DNA of 64,000 nt from Trichinella spiralis (taxonomy: Eukaryota): the NCBI RefSeq assembly GCF_000181795.1, contig NW_003526944.1, positions 2,159,434 to 2,223,433 on the forward strand, in the 5' to 3' direction. Each line of letters begins with the position of its first letter. Positions within the stretch are counted from its first letter, which is position 1. This document shows positions 51,936 to 64,000 of this stretch, piece after piece. The notes beneath the pieces were generated by a model that worked only from the letters and a program-made list of their open reading frames with translations, was not told the DNA's origin and searched no databases. The position numbers and the translations under genes are program-made.

Positions 51936-53228
51936 ATGTCGCCATTTTTGCACGACCATTGCGAATCTTGTTTTCGTACAATTTGCCAAATTTTCGAAAA
52001 CCAATGTCCGATGACTTTGTGTCCCAACGGTTGTGAAGCGTCCATGCACCGGTGCAAAGTTGAAGAACACAAGCAAGAAATATGCCCGAAAAGTCAAGTG
52101 GACTGTATCAACGTCGGCTACGGATGTCCGGTGAAATTGAAACGACGCCAACGTGCAGCCCACTTGACCCATTGTCCGGCGGCGGTCATTTATTGTGCTA
52201 TTGAACGTCATCGTAAACTTCTCCCTCCGGATGAGCGAAGACAAATCGCCAACACTAACAACCATCACCAACGACAACAGCAGCACCATGAACCATGCAG
52301 TGAAATCGACCTGTGTTTGGCGTTGAGTGACCAGAGGCGCATTTTCACTTCGGCAAAGTCGATGTTGAACGCTTTGGAAGAAGAAGAACGAGCCGAAGCG
52401 ACCCTGTCACCAGTGGCCAGAGAATGCATCCTCTGCAAGCAGGATCCGAGCAGTCAACATTTGCACGTCGTCGGTTCGATGGACCAAGACCACTGGATAT
52501 CGTCGAATGGAATGGAAGAAAAGAAACCCAACAATTGGCCCAAACCGCCGGCTCCGTTTTACATCAAACACGGCCTGCAGGTTGGCTTTTCGGCCGACTT
52601 CCCGCCCAAACATTCTTCCACTCCGAAACACCAGGCGTCGTTGGTCTGCGGCCAACGGGTCCGTCGCGACCAATACGCCCAACATGTCCGCAATTTACAC
52701 GTCGACATTGTCAGCTCGATCGACGGTTGGCTGCTTGCCCGGTGCCCAATGTACATGCAAGGCTGCGAATGGGTACGAAATCGTCTGATTCCCACGAACA
52801 ACACGACCCTCCATTATTTGACTTGGACCGACGCCATTGGGGTGAAAATGGACCACACCCAGTCGTGCATGCCGTCGACCGATACTGCAGCGTTGAAGCT
52901 GACGGATCTTCCGGTGGAAATTTTGGAACAAGTATTTTCGAAGCTCGATTCGATCAGTCTACGCGCCACTGCCGCCACATGCCGTCGTCTCAGACAAGTC
53001 AGCTTAAAGCAGTTGAACAAGCACGGCTTAGTGGAATTGATCTGGCATCGCAACAAGTCGGGCTGGAAAGCCACCGAATTGCGTTGGTCATTTTCGAATA
53101 CTTTTCAAAAAATCGACCAATGGCATCTACTGCCCACAAGTCAAATCGGTGACCACTTGCGTCACTGCCCCTACCTGAACCCCGTCAAGCATGCGCAGCC
53201 AATGCCCGTACTTCGGTTCGTGATGTGA
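51936..53228 (+). CDS. F-box protein, FBXO30/FBXO40 family, single coding exon
   Basis: N-terminal HDHCESCF..C...CPNGC.ASMHRCKVEEH...CP...VDCINVGYGCP...HLTHCPAAV (TRAF-type Zn finger); CGQRVRRDQYAQHVRNLHVDI..IDGWL..RCP...GC; F-box LTDLPVEILEQVFSKLDSISL; C-terminal W.FS..F.KI..W......GDHLRHCPY. ATG 51936 follows a ttgcag/tag acceptor. Confidence 0.9.
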   Translation: MSPFLHDHCESCFRTICQIFENQCPMTLCPNGCEASMHRCKVEEHKQEICPKSQVDCINVGYGCPVKLKRRQRAAHLTHCPAAVIYCAIERHRKLLPPDERRQIANTNNHHQRQQQHHEPCSEIDLCLALSDQRRIFTSAKSMLNALEEEERAEATLSPVARECILCKQDPSSQHLHVVGSMDQDHWISSNGMEEKKPNNWPKPPAPFYIKHGLQVGFSADFPPKHSSTPKHQASLVCGQRVRRDQYAQHVRNLHVDIVSSIDGWLLARCPMYMQGCEWVRNRLIPTNNTTLHYLTWTDAIGVKMDHTQSCMPSTDTAALKLTDLPVEILEQVFSKLDSISLRATAATCRRLRQVSLKQLNKHGLVELIWHRNKSGWKATELRWSFSNTFQKIDQWHLLPTSQIGDHLRHCPYLNPVKHAQPMPVLRFVM

Positions 53229-55017
53229 ATTTCGAATTTTCCAATGAATAATACAATAATCCCCTTGGAGCTTTATGATGCAATTTTTCTTCATTTTTCG
53301 AATAAAAACATTTTATTAAATTTTTTCAATTTACACGTCATCACAAGCATTTATCATTATCGTTATCGGAATAAATTCATTCAATACTGATAAAATTGTT
53401 TCGAAAAACAATTCGAACACACTTAACCACAACAACTACCGATCCAATAAAATACACAACCGGACAGTTAGTTCAGTTGAACACTTTTCTCTCTCTATTT
53501 TCTAATCAAACTGTACAGTGAAAAAAGAAAAACCAGTTTCTAATAGTTTCAATATTCCACTTTGGAAATTTCTTGCATTTATGGTGAAAACTTTTTTCAA
53601 CCATCTATTGAATACTCGATTTATGATGATAAAATGTAACAAGGAAAATCACTAGAGAATTTATCAAGTTTAACGTTGATTTTGAAAAAAAAAACGTATA
53701 CATCTTTTCCACAAATAATATACTTATTAAGTATAAAAGAAAACTGCCGTGTAAAACTTTCAAATGGTGTAAGATGAAACAGTCAATTTACTGCTTGTGG
53801 TGTATTCGAAATGTGACATTTTGACAAAAGTGATCTGTGACGTAGTATTGAAAACTGCTAACACGAAACTACCGCTAAATAGGCTAATCACACCGATGCT
53901 TTCAAAAATGGTCAATTATTACAACACAATTACTTCACAATAAACAACAAACAGTCGAAAAGCTATTCACTGACAAATGCAATATTTCTATTGAAAATGA
54001 TGAATATTATTATTTGAATATCATGAAGCAAAACACCAACGTTTCAAAAATTCAAATGATAAGCTGAGCAGTGGGAAAAAGCTTTCAAACAAAACAATAA
54101 GAAAACTGTAAACGCATGCAACTTACCTGGATTGGATAAAGTTACATTGTAGACGACTGCCGGAGTTGGAAGCGAATCTTCTAGATCCACAGTGATGATT
54201 AATAACGTTGAGCAAAACTCTTCCCTGAGCACAATAGAAAAACACGGCACATAATGCACACTACAACCACTCAGCGCGGTAGATCTTTCAGCAGTAACTG
54301 ATAGTAGTAGAAAAAAATACAGTGACCTGAAAAAAACTCTGGCAGCCAATAGTATTTGGGCGGCATTTCGGGGCGATCCTGAAAATTACGGACTACAGTA
54401 ATACATTCAAAATGAAGCTTATATGTAAAAAAAGAATTGAAATTTTATATTATATTTTTTAACAGAAAAAGTATTATAAACATATTTAATTCTACTGATG
54501 TTTTTTTTAATTGATTTATATTTATTAATTAAAATAAAGTATTGAAATTAATAGGAAAAGCAATATAATAATTTCAAATAAAAAATATATAAATAGATAA
54601 TTTACATTTCATTAATTTTTTGCAGTAATAAATGGTGACTGTTTTATTTTTACGAGTGTTATACTATGAAACAATTAGAACTTGCATTTTAATAATAAAC
54701 AGTACAATTTTTATGTATCGTTATTCATATGATACGGGTAGTATGTGGCAACTGCAAGTATATGTTTTTGAAAGTTTTAATTTTTTTTCAAATTATATTT
54801 AAGTTAAACAGTTGTTGCAAATGTATTATTTATATTTTATACGTTGATATTTTGCGTGGTTTATTGTTTGGTCGAAATGTTTTTTTCTGTTTTTTGTTGT
54901 GGCGAAGTATTGTATGAACGTGTTACGTTGTGATGTTGTCATGTGTTGTTTCAATTGAAATTCAATGCGCATGAATTACATTTTCTTCGACTCTTTTAGA
55001 TTTAGACCGAGCCAATT

Positions 55018-57541
55018 ATGAAGTTCGCATGGCAGTTTTTGATTTTATGCTATTCATTTTTTGTTCAAATTACTGACGAAAGCAAGCACATTCTTTCCGT
55101 CAATGTAATTCTATTTTTTTGAATATTTTCTTTCTGTAATGCATTTTACAATTTTAGCATGATCATCGGGCTTACATTGAATTGTCGAACTTTGTATATG
55201 ATGCTAGAGGAGTTTTATCCGTTATCATTCAAAACTTTACTTTCCCTGACACCAAATCATTAGACGTGAAAGAGCCGGTAAGTTACTTTATCCACTTTAA
55301 ACTTTTATTTATATTTTAACTTGAATTATTATTTAAGATAACTTTTAGTAAATGCTCAGTTTAGATGTTTAATTTTGTTAGAATTATTTATAGAAATATC
55401 CATTTAAAAGTTTCTTAAAAGCTATAGCATACAGCATGAACTATTGAAATTTTAGCAGTTGTTGAGATATTTTCTTTATATTTATTTATTTTATGAATGA
55501 TTTTGTAATATTTTCAGTGCTCCTTTCTACATTTTTTTTACTTTTTAGGTTGGATTTACATTAACTAGAGGTGATGAAATACTCGAATATGTGGTAATTA
55601 TTTTTGTCATTCAACATGTCATACCATACATTTAAGAGTTATTTCATTATCATTGTAGAAAACAAATCCCAACTTATGCTACTTAACTGCTGATTCTTCA
55701 CTGTATCAAATGCCAGCTGTATGGTTCGTGATGGACTTTGCGAAGCGGGAAGTGTATCTTTATCATAAGCATGGTTTATATCTTCAAATTTGTCCTCAAG
55801 AAGCTGGCCGTCGGTGTTTCAATGAAAATGTTGAAGAAATTGATGAAGATATAAATGGCTTCCGTAATGAGACATTGAAATTGTCTTATGAAAACGATAA
55901 ATTTAGTTTCCAAGTAAAATGAGTTTTAACTGAATTTAGATAAATTGGTGGTTGGTGAGTTTCAGTTTTGTTTAGTTTACTGTGATTTTTACTGAATCAG
56001 ACAAAGATCAGTACGTAATGTTTTTTCACAACTGTTTTAATTATGGGAAGAACTTCTTTCAACGAACAACCGTATCATTTCAGGTAATTGTTCTTTATTT
56101 TTCAGTAATGTTATATTTAATAAAAATGATTTAAGGCATATATAACTGAAAAAAATACTTACGGCTACTTAAGTGCTGGTGCAGCTATTCTCCCGATGTT
56201 GTACATGGGTTTTGCTTGTGCCTTTTTTCTTTTGACTCTGGTATGGATTGGTACTTTATATTATCAGAAGTATGTGGATTTCTTTCGTTCAAAATCTTTT
56301 CCGATAATCTAAATGTGATAATGTTTAGAGAAAATTTGCATAAAATTCATTATTTGATGGCCGCATTAGTGGTGCTCAAGACCATGTCAATTCTAATTCA
56401 CGGCGTAAGACAGATAAATAAATCTCAATTATAAATCAAATGATGAGAATACTCTATTTTTTTCTATATTTTGCAGGTACACTACGATCGTATATTGAAA
56501 ACGGGAAATCATGGAGAAGCTTGGGCTTTTATGTTTTATAGTTTGCACCTGTATAATTTCATACATCATGTTTGTTCACTAACGGCAGTACTTATGTTTT
56601 TGTATTTAAGGTTGAAAGGCGCACTGCTTTTTGGAACATTGCTACTTATTGGGACGGGATGGTCGTTTTTCAAAAATTTTTTGGTTGAACGTGATCGCAA
56701 GATGTTGATGATTATCATTCCATTACAAGTATTTGAATGTTACTAATGTAATCTTTTGTTAGAAACTATTATTATTTGTGTAGGTGGTGGACAATGTGGC
56801 GTTAATCGCTTTAGGAGAAGGTGAACTAGGAGATCAGAGCCATTTTTTTTGGTTTCGCTTGTTCATCATGTTGGATTTGCTTTGTTGCGTGGCTGTAATT
56901 TTGCCGGTATTGTGGTAAGATGATTTCAATTTGCACTATACAGTACGGTGGGTTTGTGATAGGGTTGTTTCTTTTCATTAGGTCCATAAAACATCTAGAA
57001 CAAGCATCTCGTACGGATGGCAAAGCAAGCTTCAATTTGGAAAAGTTAAAACTGTTTCAACAATTTTATATAATTATCATTTGTTACATCTACGTTACTC
57101 GTATCATCAAATATCTGTTCGAGGTATTTTTTAATGATCACGTTGGTTTACTGTAAAATATATAATAATAATTATGTTCGTTTTTTCCTTTCTCCTGCGT
57201 GTACTGTAGTTTTCAATTCCGCCGAGATACTCATGGGTGATTGTGCTGTTGGAAGAGTCCGGCACTTTGATATTCTTCGCCATTACTGGTTACAAGTTCA
57301 AGCCATGCCCTAACAACCCATACTTGGAACTGCCTCAAGAAGAGGACATCGAATGCGCTGAATTCATGTAATGTATTTTTTTATCTTTTTTTCTTTTGAT
57401 GCATATAATAATTTCAGTCCTCAGCCATCGGATGTAGATGGAAATGATGTTCTTTTTGTTTCGCACAAACGAATGACGATGAAGAAGAAAAGTGGAAACG
57501 AAAACGCTGAACAAACTGCAACGGCGAATCAGCGTGAATAA
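55018..57541 (+). CDS. GPR107/GPR108 (lung seven-transmembrane, GOST family) protein, multi-exon
   Basis: Signal peptide MKFAWQFLILCYSFF, then VGFTL, FFHNCFNY, EKN..GYLSAG, KIHYLMAALVVLK, LKGALLFGTLLLIGTGWSF.K..L..RDRKMLMIIIPLQV, SIKHLEQASRTDGKA..NLEKLKLF, TGYKFKP...NPYL. Many short GT-AG introns; stop TAA 57539-57541. Confidence 0.93.
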
Positions 57542-57909
57542 AAAATCGCAATGATGCCGTGACAAAAAATCGGGATGAGTTTATCCAACTTTCTGTTAGC
57601 AGAATGTGATTACATTTTTATACAGTTCAACAACTATATATATATATATACATATAGTGGATACGATTGTCAAATTTTTGTTGAAAATTTATTATTATTA
57701 TTTTGTTCTTCTCACTTCAGCATTTCGTGATGTTCAACTAAAGGAGAAGAGAGAAAAACAAAATATCTCGTCTGAACTGGCCAGCCGCAGAACCATGTTT
57801 TGTGCGCTAAGTGAAAAATCTCAGAATAAATAAATAAATAAATAAATCTTCAACTGATTTGAAAATAATAATAATAAAAACGAATAATAATAATAATAAA
57901 ATTATAGCC

Positions 57910-60900
57910 TCACACTTCTGTTGCTAAAGTTTTGATGTGCGCTTTGGCACGCAACTGTTGCGATGTTGGACGATGCTGTGAAGCAGATTGAACCGACGAA
58001 GAAGCATGCTGTGGATTGTTTCCACTAAGAATCGTCGTTTTGGGTTGCTGCTGCTGTTGGTTTGCAGAAGACGAAGAGGACGATACATCCAACGTTTTCG
58101 GACGAGATATTTGAGCATTTTCTGAAGAACTTGCCGATTCAACAGATGATTCACGCTGAAATGAGTTTTTTTGACCGAAAATAAACAATGAAATGCAAAA
58201 TTAACTTACATCGCCACCAACATACGGTCGCTTCTGCTGTTGCTGCTGATGATGATGATCGGATTTCAATAGCCTTTGTCGGTCTTGTTGGTGACTGTTG
58301 AAATGCTTGTCTGGAGTGCAGAATGTTTGAAAAGTCGGATTTCCTCGGTTCGAATTGTAATTAACGTCAGATTTGTCGTCAGACAAAAGCAGCACGTCGT
58401 CGCCAAAGTGGACCGATTTCACACGCGTCGGCACGGGATTGGGGTTCGTCTCCTCTTTCAACTGACGCACATGCAGCGTGTAGGGAATGTCGCCGTCGAA
58501 CACTTTGTGCTTGATCACTGAGTAGCGTTGGTCGGAACCAGGGTCGGTCAATTTCAGCGCGCTCATGTCCGGCGGTGAGCAGCAAATTTTGGACAAGCAT
58601 TTCGGCTTTGGCGGTGCCGTGGGCTTTTGGCGCCTAGCCGCACTTTCGACGGTGCTGGGCACTTTGGCCGGTGAGCTCTCTTCCAAAGACACGTCGTGTT
58701 CAACGTCGGTCGATGACAGCTTTTCGTTGGCATTCAGGTCACTTTCAGAAAGATAATACGAACCCTGGGACACGTTCTCCTGTTGTTCTGGAGCCGAATC
58801 ACTTCCATCAGCTTTCGACAGTCGTTTCGAAACGTCCGTCAAACTGTTATGGTCCAACAGATTGTCGTAAACAACGGCGTCATAGTCGATTTTGTAGAAC
58901 GATTCACTGCACGTGGACGACGCGTTCGACTGATTTATTATTCTTTCATGAAATGCCGGTTCACTTTTACCATGCTTGGGAAGGGTGTTGGCCCTTTTCC
59001 TCGACAATGAAGAGCCGCCATTCGACCGCGCAACACCTACGCGACTGCCTGACAATGAACTGTAAGCAAAATTACCACCACCAGATGGACCTTCTTCTGC
59101 GAGTTGACTTTGCTGATTTGCAGTTGATGAGAAACTATCATTGGTCGGAAATGACAACGACGATTCTGCGTTATCTGACAACAAACTGTCATATGGTAAA
59201 AGTGGTACAGTAATACGTTTAGGGCACACGCGATTTCCAGATCCAACTATTGGTCTAATAATTAAATAAAATACAATAAAAATAATTATGCAAAAACAAC
59301 CACCATTTTTTACCTCGTAAATGGTTCTCTTTTCTTGTAATGCTCTCTGAGATATTCAATCAATTGCTTTTGTGTGCGTCCTTCGTATCTGTGAATGCAA
59401 AATTAATAAACATTCAAAATTAATTTTTAAAAAATAAAATTAATACAAATGATCGTACCTAAAGGAAGAGCCTTTGGTAAATAGCTTTGTCCTTGAACGG
59501 GACATTTGATTAGCTTCCGTGCACCGAAAAAAACTGTGATGTTCAACACATTTTTTCCAAAACATTTTACATTCGTGACGCGTTTCAAACGAAAACTCAA
59601 CCGTATCTTTGTAATAAGCCTAAATAACGAAACGTCTAAAATGAACAATAACCAACAATTAAATTTACAGCTTACATAACTATCAGGATGAAGCTTGATG
59701 TAGAAATGTTTCCTTTTGAAACAAAGCTTACGAATCTTTGCCCATGAAAATGTGCTCATGCAACACAACTGCAGATATACTTTGATGCCATTGTGCATTA
59801 CGGTCAAGCCAATTACCGTTCCTTCGGCATCCTGTAAAAAGAAGAAATCAATCGATAACATCAACAGCTCTAGATATACTTTAGCAGGATGTAATTTGAT
59901 GCCATAGAATTCGCAACGTCTTGCTGTTTCCAAAAGAGCTATATCACTTTCTGTTGGCATCATTCCACTAAAAAGGATAAACACAGTCGATGGAATATAA
60001 ATGGAAATGTATAACTTGAATAATATTAAATTAAATTAAATTAAATTAAATACACAAGCTTTTTGTGATTTTCCATCACTTTACGCTCAAATTCAGCGGA
60101 CTGATTCGGAACAAAACGAACTGATGATAAATAAGTGTGATCTGGATAATCTTCTGCACAGAAATCACCGCATTCCGCTTAAAATACAAAAAACAGTTGA
60201 ATAATAATAATATGAATGAAAATGATAAAGAATACAGACAGATAAAAATGCAAATTTTAAATTTGTCATAAAACAACTGGTCGTTCATTCTCGCACTTAT
60301 AAAATCAAATCATATACATATCAATGTTTACTGATATTGATCTTTATTTATATAAATGAAGTAAATTATTTCTTAATTTAGTTAGCTTATTTTATTCACT
60401 TTTCACTTAATTCAATTAACATTACCCATATGTTCGTATTTTTCAAATTTCACTGATTTTCATTACAAATCATCGCGAAGAATAAGCAGCCAGTTCAAAG
60501 CAAATAGTCGCATGTTAGAAATGAAAATTTCTTTAAAAAAATCTTACATACAAAATAAAATAATGAAAAAAAAACACTGCCTGATTTTCACGTACTGTAA
60601 GTATTCAAGTTTGGGTGTAAAGAAAAATTGGTGTAAAAACTGCATTAAATTTTTGATTGAAATAAATTATTTAAAAAGAGGTGATAATAATTTTAAAAAA
60701 ATAAAAATAAATAGCGACAATTAATGTTTGAAGTGGTGAAATTGGTCCTAGTCAATAAATGGTAGTTGAAAGAGGGTAAAAAGTGAATTACGCTATTGGA
60801 TTATATGCTTTTCTGCGGTATAAAGGCCTTTGTCAGTGCATGAGCAGCAGAAAATGATTCGTTCTATTGAAACGCAATCTGCGCCTGCGCCGAATCGCTA

Positions 60901-62047
60901 ATTGCGTGCAAATGAAAAATATTATAAAACGGCCACATGGCAGATGGCTGCATTATGAATCATCCCGAATGGACAGCCAGCCCCATTTGCAAGCACGCGC
61001 CTCAAGTAATGGAGACGGACAATTCGGAGATGCTTGAGAATTCGACTGAAATTACTACTACTAAATGTCGAATTCTGCTAACACGCAAACGCTGTCATGT
61101 TGGAAAGTTGTCGAACAATGAAAACAAGAAACAAAGCCAGAACGAATGAATGAATAATATGCATTATTAATATTATTGGTTGCTTACACTGAACTATGTA
61201 AGACGCCATCACGGCAGCCGTGTTTTCGTTGCAAACCAACTCGCCTGAGGCTAGATCCCTCTTGATTTGCAAGGCGAACAAATAGCTGAAGAAATAAAAA
61301 AGAAATAATCAATTTTATTCTGAAACAGCGTCGCAGAAACGCCTACCGCGTGTATTCTTCTTCCAAATCCACCGGGTTGGCCGTGTAGAATTTCACAATC
61401 AAATCGAAGCATTGGTCACTTTTGGCAGAAGAAATCTGTTTCGAAATTGGTTTCTGTTTCTCTAACCAGCACTAAAAAAATGCAAATGTTACCTCACAAC
61501 AAACAAACAAACAACTGATGCTCATTTTTATCATCACTCACCCTGCATCCATCCGAATCGACATACTCCAATCCAAAATAATCATATTCTAACACGTTCA
61601 AATGACGAAAAACTTCTTCATAAAGAACGGAACCCAAACTTCGATGCTAGAAAACGAACAAAATACAGTACAAGACAATGTCCATGAACAAAAAGCAACA
61701 ACAAATCAAAAAGAAAAACAAAAAAAACTAAATAAATAAATAAAACAATAAAGCTGTTTTCATTTTCACAAACTACTAACCTAATCAATGCAGCAAGCAC
61801 TCTACAGCCTGGCAATAAGAAAAACAACTAAACTGAAAGGATGCAAAAAATGACGACGTTCAACGACATATATATACACATGCATTTCAGCCAATTTTAA
61901 CACATTGCGTACGCTGATGCGGAATACGGTGATAGTTTCGTCGAGCATGTGAACACGAAGGCACATCACTTTCCGTTGGTCGACCATTGGCGTTTGAATG
62001 GGCAAATTGCCACCACCTTCGAAAGTTGCACTCGACGAACTGTACAT
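57910..62047 (-). CDS. FERM + FERM-adjacent domain protein of FARP1/FARP2/FRMD7 type, multi-exon, low-complexity C-terminus
   Basis: Exons give LRVHMLDET, HLNVLEYDYFGLEY, WLEKQKPISKQI, VKFY..NP.DLEEEYTRYLFALQIKRDLASGELVCNENTAAVMASYIVQSECGDF, YPDHTYLS, SDIALLETARRCEFYGIKLHPAKDAEG, TFSWAKIRKLCFKRK, FWKKCVEHHSFF, KGSSFRYEGRTQKQL. Ends ...KTLATEV-stop. Confidence 0.9.
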
Positions 62048-63512
62048 GTTCTGCCCACTGATCAACAAGTACAAGATAAACTGTGTTGAAATTTTCACTT
62101 TCACTCAATCCGAAGAATCCGAGAGCTTCTTTCACATTCTAAACGGCGACAGTGATGTGCAACACGAACCAGAAAAATGTCAATGATTCCATTGGGACGA
62201 ACAAATTCCAACCTCGTGCGCATTCGATCACTGAACAAATTTAAACCAAATAACCTTTCGCCCCAATCTACAGCATGACTATTAAGATGAGCAGGTTGAA
62301 ATCAACAAATGGAATTTATCATATCTGAGTTGTGATCTATTATCAATTTTAACGATTCGAAAAATCCACATTTATTATTAAAATTAAATTAATTTTATCA
62401 CAATTTATTTTTTAAATAAATTTTAAGCCTTTATTCACATCGATTAGTAGACTTTAAATAAAGCGTGCGATTGAATTGAGTGATAAAGCGTGGTGGAGTT
62501 GATTTTAATTTTCAATTTCGAAGCTTTCACTGCTTGTGCCATTCAATGTGAAATTACTTATAACATTATCGCATTCTGCTGATAATTTAAAGACACGTTG
62601 GGAATAAAAATGTGTTTACTTATTGATAAGAATTCATAACAACAATATTCGTTCAAATTAATTTCAAAATGGATTTCATTATAGGTTAGCTTATCTGGGT
62701 TTATATTTATTTTAATCGAAATGCCCTAATTACTCGATTCGTTCGAAGTTTGCTGACTTTGCTTGCTTTGAAGATGTTAATTTTTTGTTCCAGCAATCAA
62801 GTAGAAACCAAACGTTTCCTTATTGCCTACCAATATAAGCAAGTAAATTACGCCGTGTCGGTTTTATCAATAAGCCGGCCATTGTCACGTTCAAAATCAA
62901 AATTTATCAACACTTAATTGATCCTTTGAGCTATTAAATGTGGAGAAATGGACATCTGTAAGCGATCAACAATTTTATATTTGCCAATTTTGTTGAATAC
63001 AAATGTCTGCTTTTAATGTGCGCATAATGTTGTTGTTGTTTTTTTGAATGATTTTTCATTTGATTAAGAGAAAAATGATAAATTTTAAATGGAATAAAAA
63101 TTCACCTTCGATTTACCTGTGTAATTAATTAAACCAGTAGAGTTGTCTAATCAGTTGAACGATTCAACAAGGCTGGTAAGGAAAATTGAAAAGTATAAGT
63201 TGTCTTTTCATGTTCTTCTCTTTTCAAATGACGACAATTTCAGTACCTATTCTCGACAATAGGATTAATGTTCTGCTTGGGATGCTTTGAACCGAAACAA
63301 CTTTCATTATTGTTTAGCTTGGCTGAATTGGCCTTTTGGTGAAGTTGTTGGCTGAAATTTGCCGGTGAATTGGATTCGCCTTTGGCGAAATTTGCAAATG
63401 ACTTTCTATCAAATCAGTTCCAAGACTGGTCGCTCTGGTCAGAAGCAAATTATCGCTTTTGTCAAAAACTGTTTACTTGGCATGTAGTTCAGCAGAATAT
63501 TCACGCTGCGTT

Positions 63513-63946
63513 ATGTCATTTTTCAAAATTCTCCCATTTTTCCTACATGCAATGGGTAAATTGCATTCGAGCTTCTTCTTTTATTTTATTCTCTCGAATC
63601 AGTTCAACTACTCATTTAAGGCTTTTTAACATGTTGCGTTGAAACTGTACCACCGAAAGGACCAACATCACTTTACAACTCTTTGGAAAGTAATTATTCA
63701 AATTAACTTTGCATATTAAGATTCATTTTCAAACGATTCAATTAAGGTCTATTCGGTGGCACGTTCAAATCGGATTTTTTCATCCCCACTCACCGTAAGT
63801 TTTTGTTGTTCACTTTCTACATCTCATTTACATGGATTTGTTTCTTTTTTGTAAAATCGTTTCTTTCAAGGTTCAAATGATGCTGTTAATAAAAGTTCGG
63901 ATTTGAACTGCGCTAATTTCAATTCATCCTGCCTCTGGCGCAACGA
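63513..63946 (+). CDS. 5' part of a secreted MAM-domain-like protein (exons 63513-63555, 63621-63689, 63747-63794, 63871-63946; continues beyond the window)
   Basis: Four phase-consistent GT-AG exons give MSFFKILPFFLHAMGFLTCCVETVPPKG...AVNKSSDLNCANFNSSCLWRN: a signal peptide followed by the SDLNC-xF-xxxC-xW-xN start seen in MAM domains. Not in the ORF track. Confidence 0.65.
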
Positions 63947-64000
63947 GTAAGTTATGCAATTTTGTGCCATTTGTATCAAAAACGTTCCACAATTAGGTGG

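Noticed and set aside
52424..53152. 242-aa alternate-frame ORF within the F-box gene
   Set aside because: Overlapping-frame artefact of GC-rich coding sequence.
59615..59623. taagcctaa, matching a nematode telomere repeat / telomerase template
   Set aside because: Only 9 nt, and it coincides with a FERM-gene splice acceptor (tttag|GCTTAT); chance match.
1..64000. CRISPR arrays, rRNA genes, prokaryotic operons or defence systems
   Set aside because: The sequence is intron-containing eukaryotic DNA; no repeat-spacer arrays, rRNA motifs or bacterial-type genes were seen.

Overview
AT-rich eukaryotic genomic DNA with short GT-AG introns and T-rich ...TTTCAG/TTTAG acceptors, most consistent with a nematode. 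A clade I parasite such as Trichinella is my inference from sequence style, not a verified assignment. From left to right: a degenerate repeat cluster around an assembly gap, a GC-rich LTR-like islet, SIRT4 (+) tail-to-tail with a VPS36 homolog (-), a divergent NNMT/PNMT/TEMT-family methyltransferase-like gene (+) with a GC-AG intron, an intronless signal-CTLD-EGF-EGF-TM gene (+), MPV17 (-), and SNAPC1 (-), whose ~4.15 kb last intron holds an intronless TspanC8 tetraspanin on the opposite strand. Then come a multi-exon C2H2 zinc-finger gene (-), a ~20 kb gene-poor interval with CpG-rich islets, a rhodopsin-class GPCR (+), an FBXO30/40-like F-box gene (+), GPR107/108 (+), a FARP/FRMD7-type FERM gene apparently without DH-PH domains (-), and the first four exons of a secreted MAM-like protein (+) running off the window. 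I found no CRISPR array, rRNA, convincing tRNA or intact transposon, and no clearly novel multi-gene system. The most notable items are gene-structure oddities and divergent or truncated family members. All exon models and family calls were made by eye.
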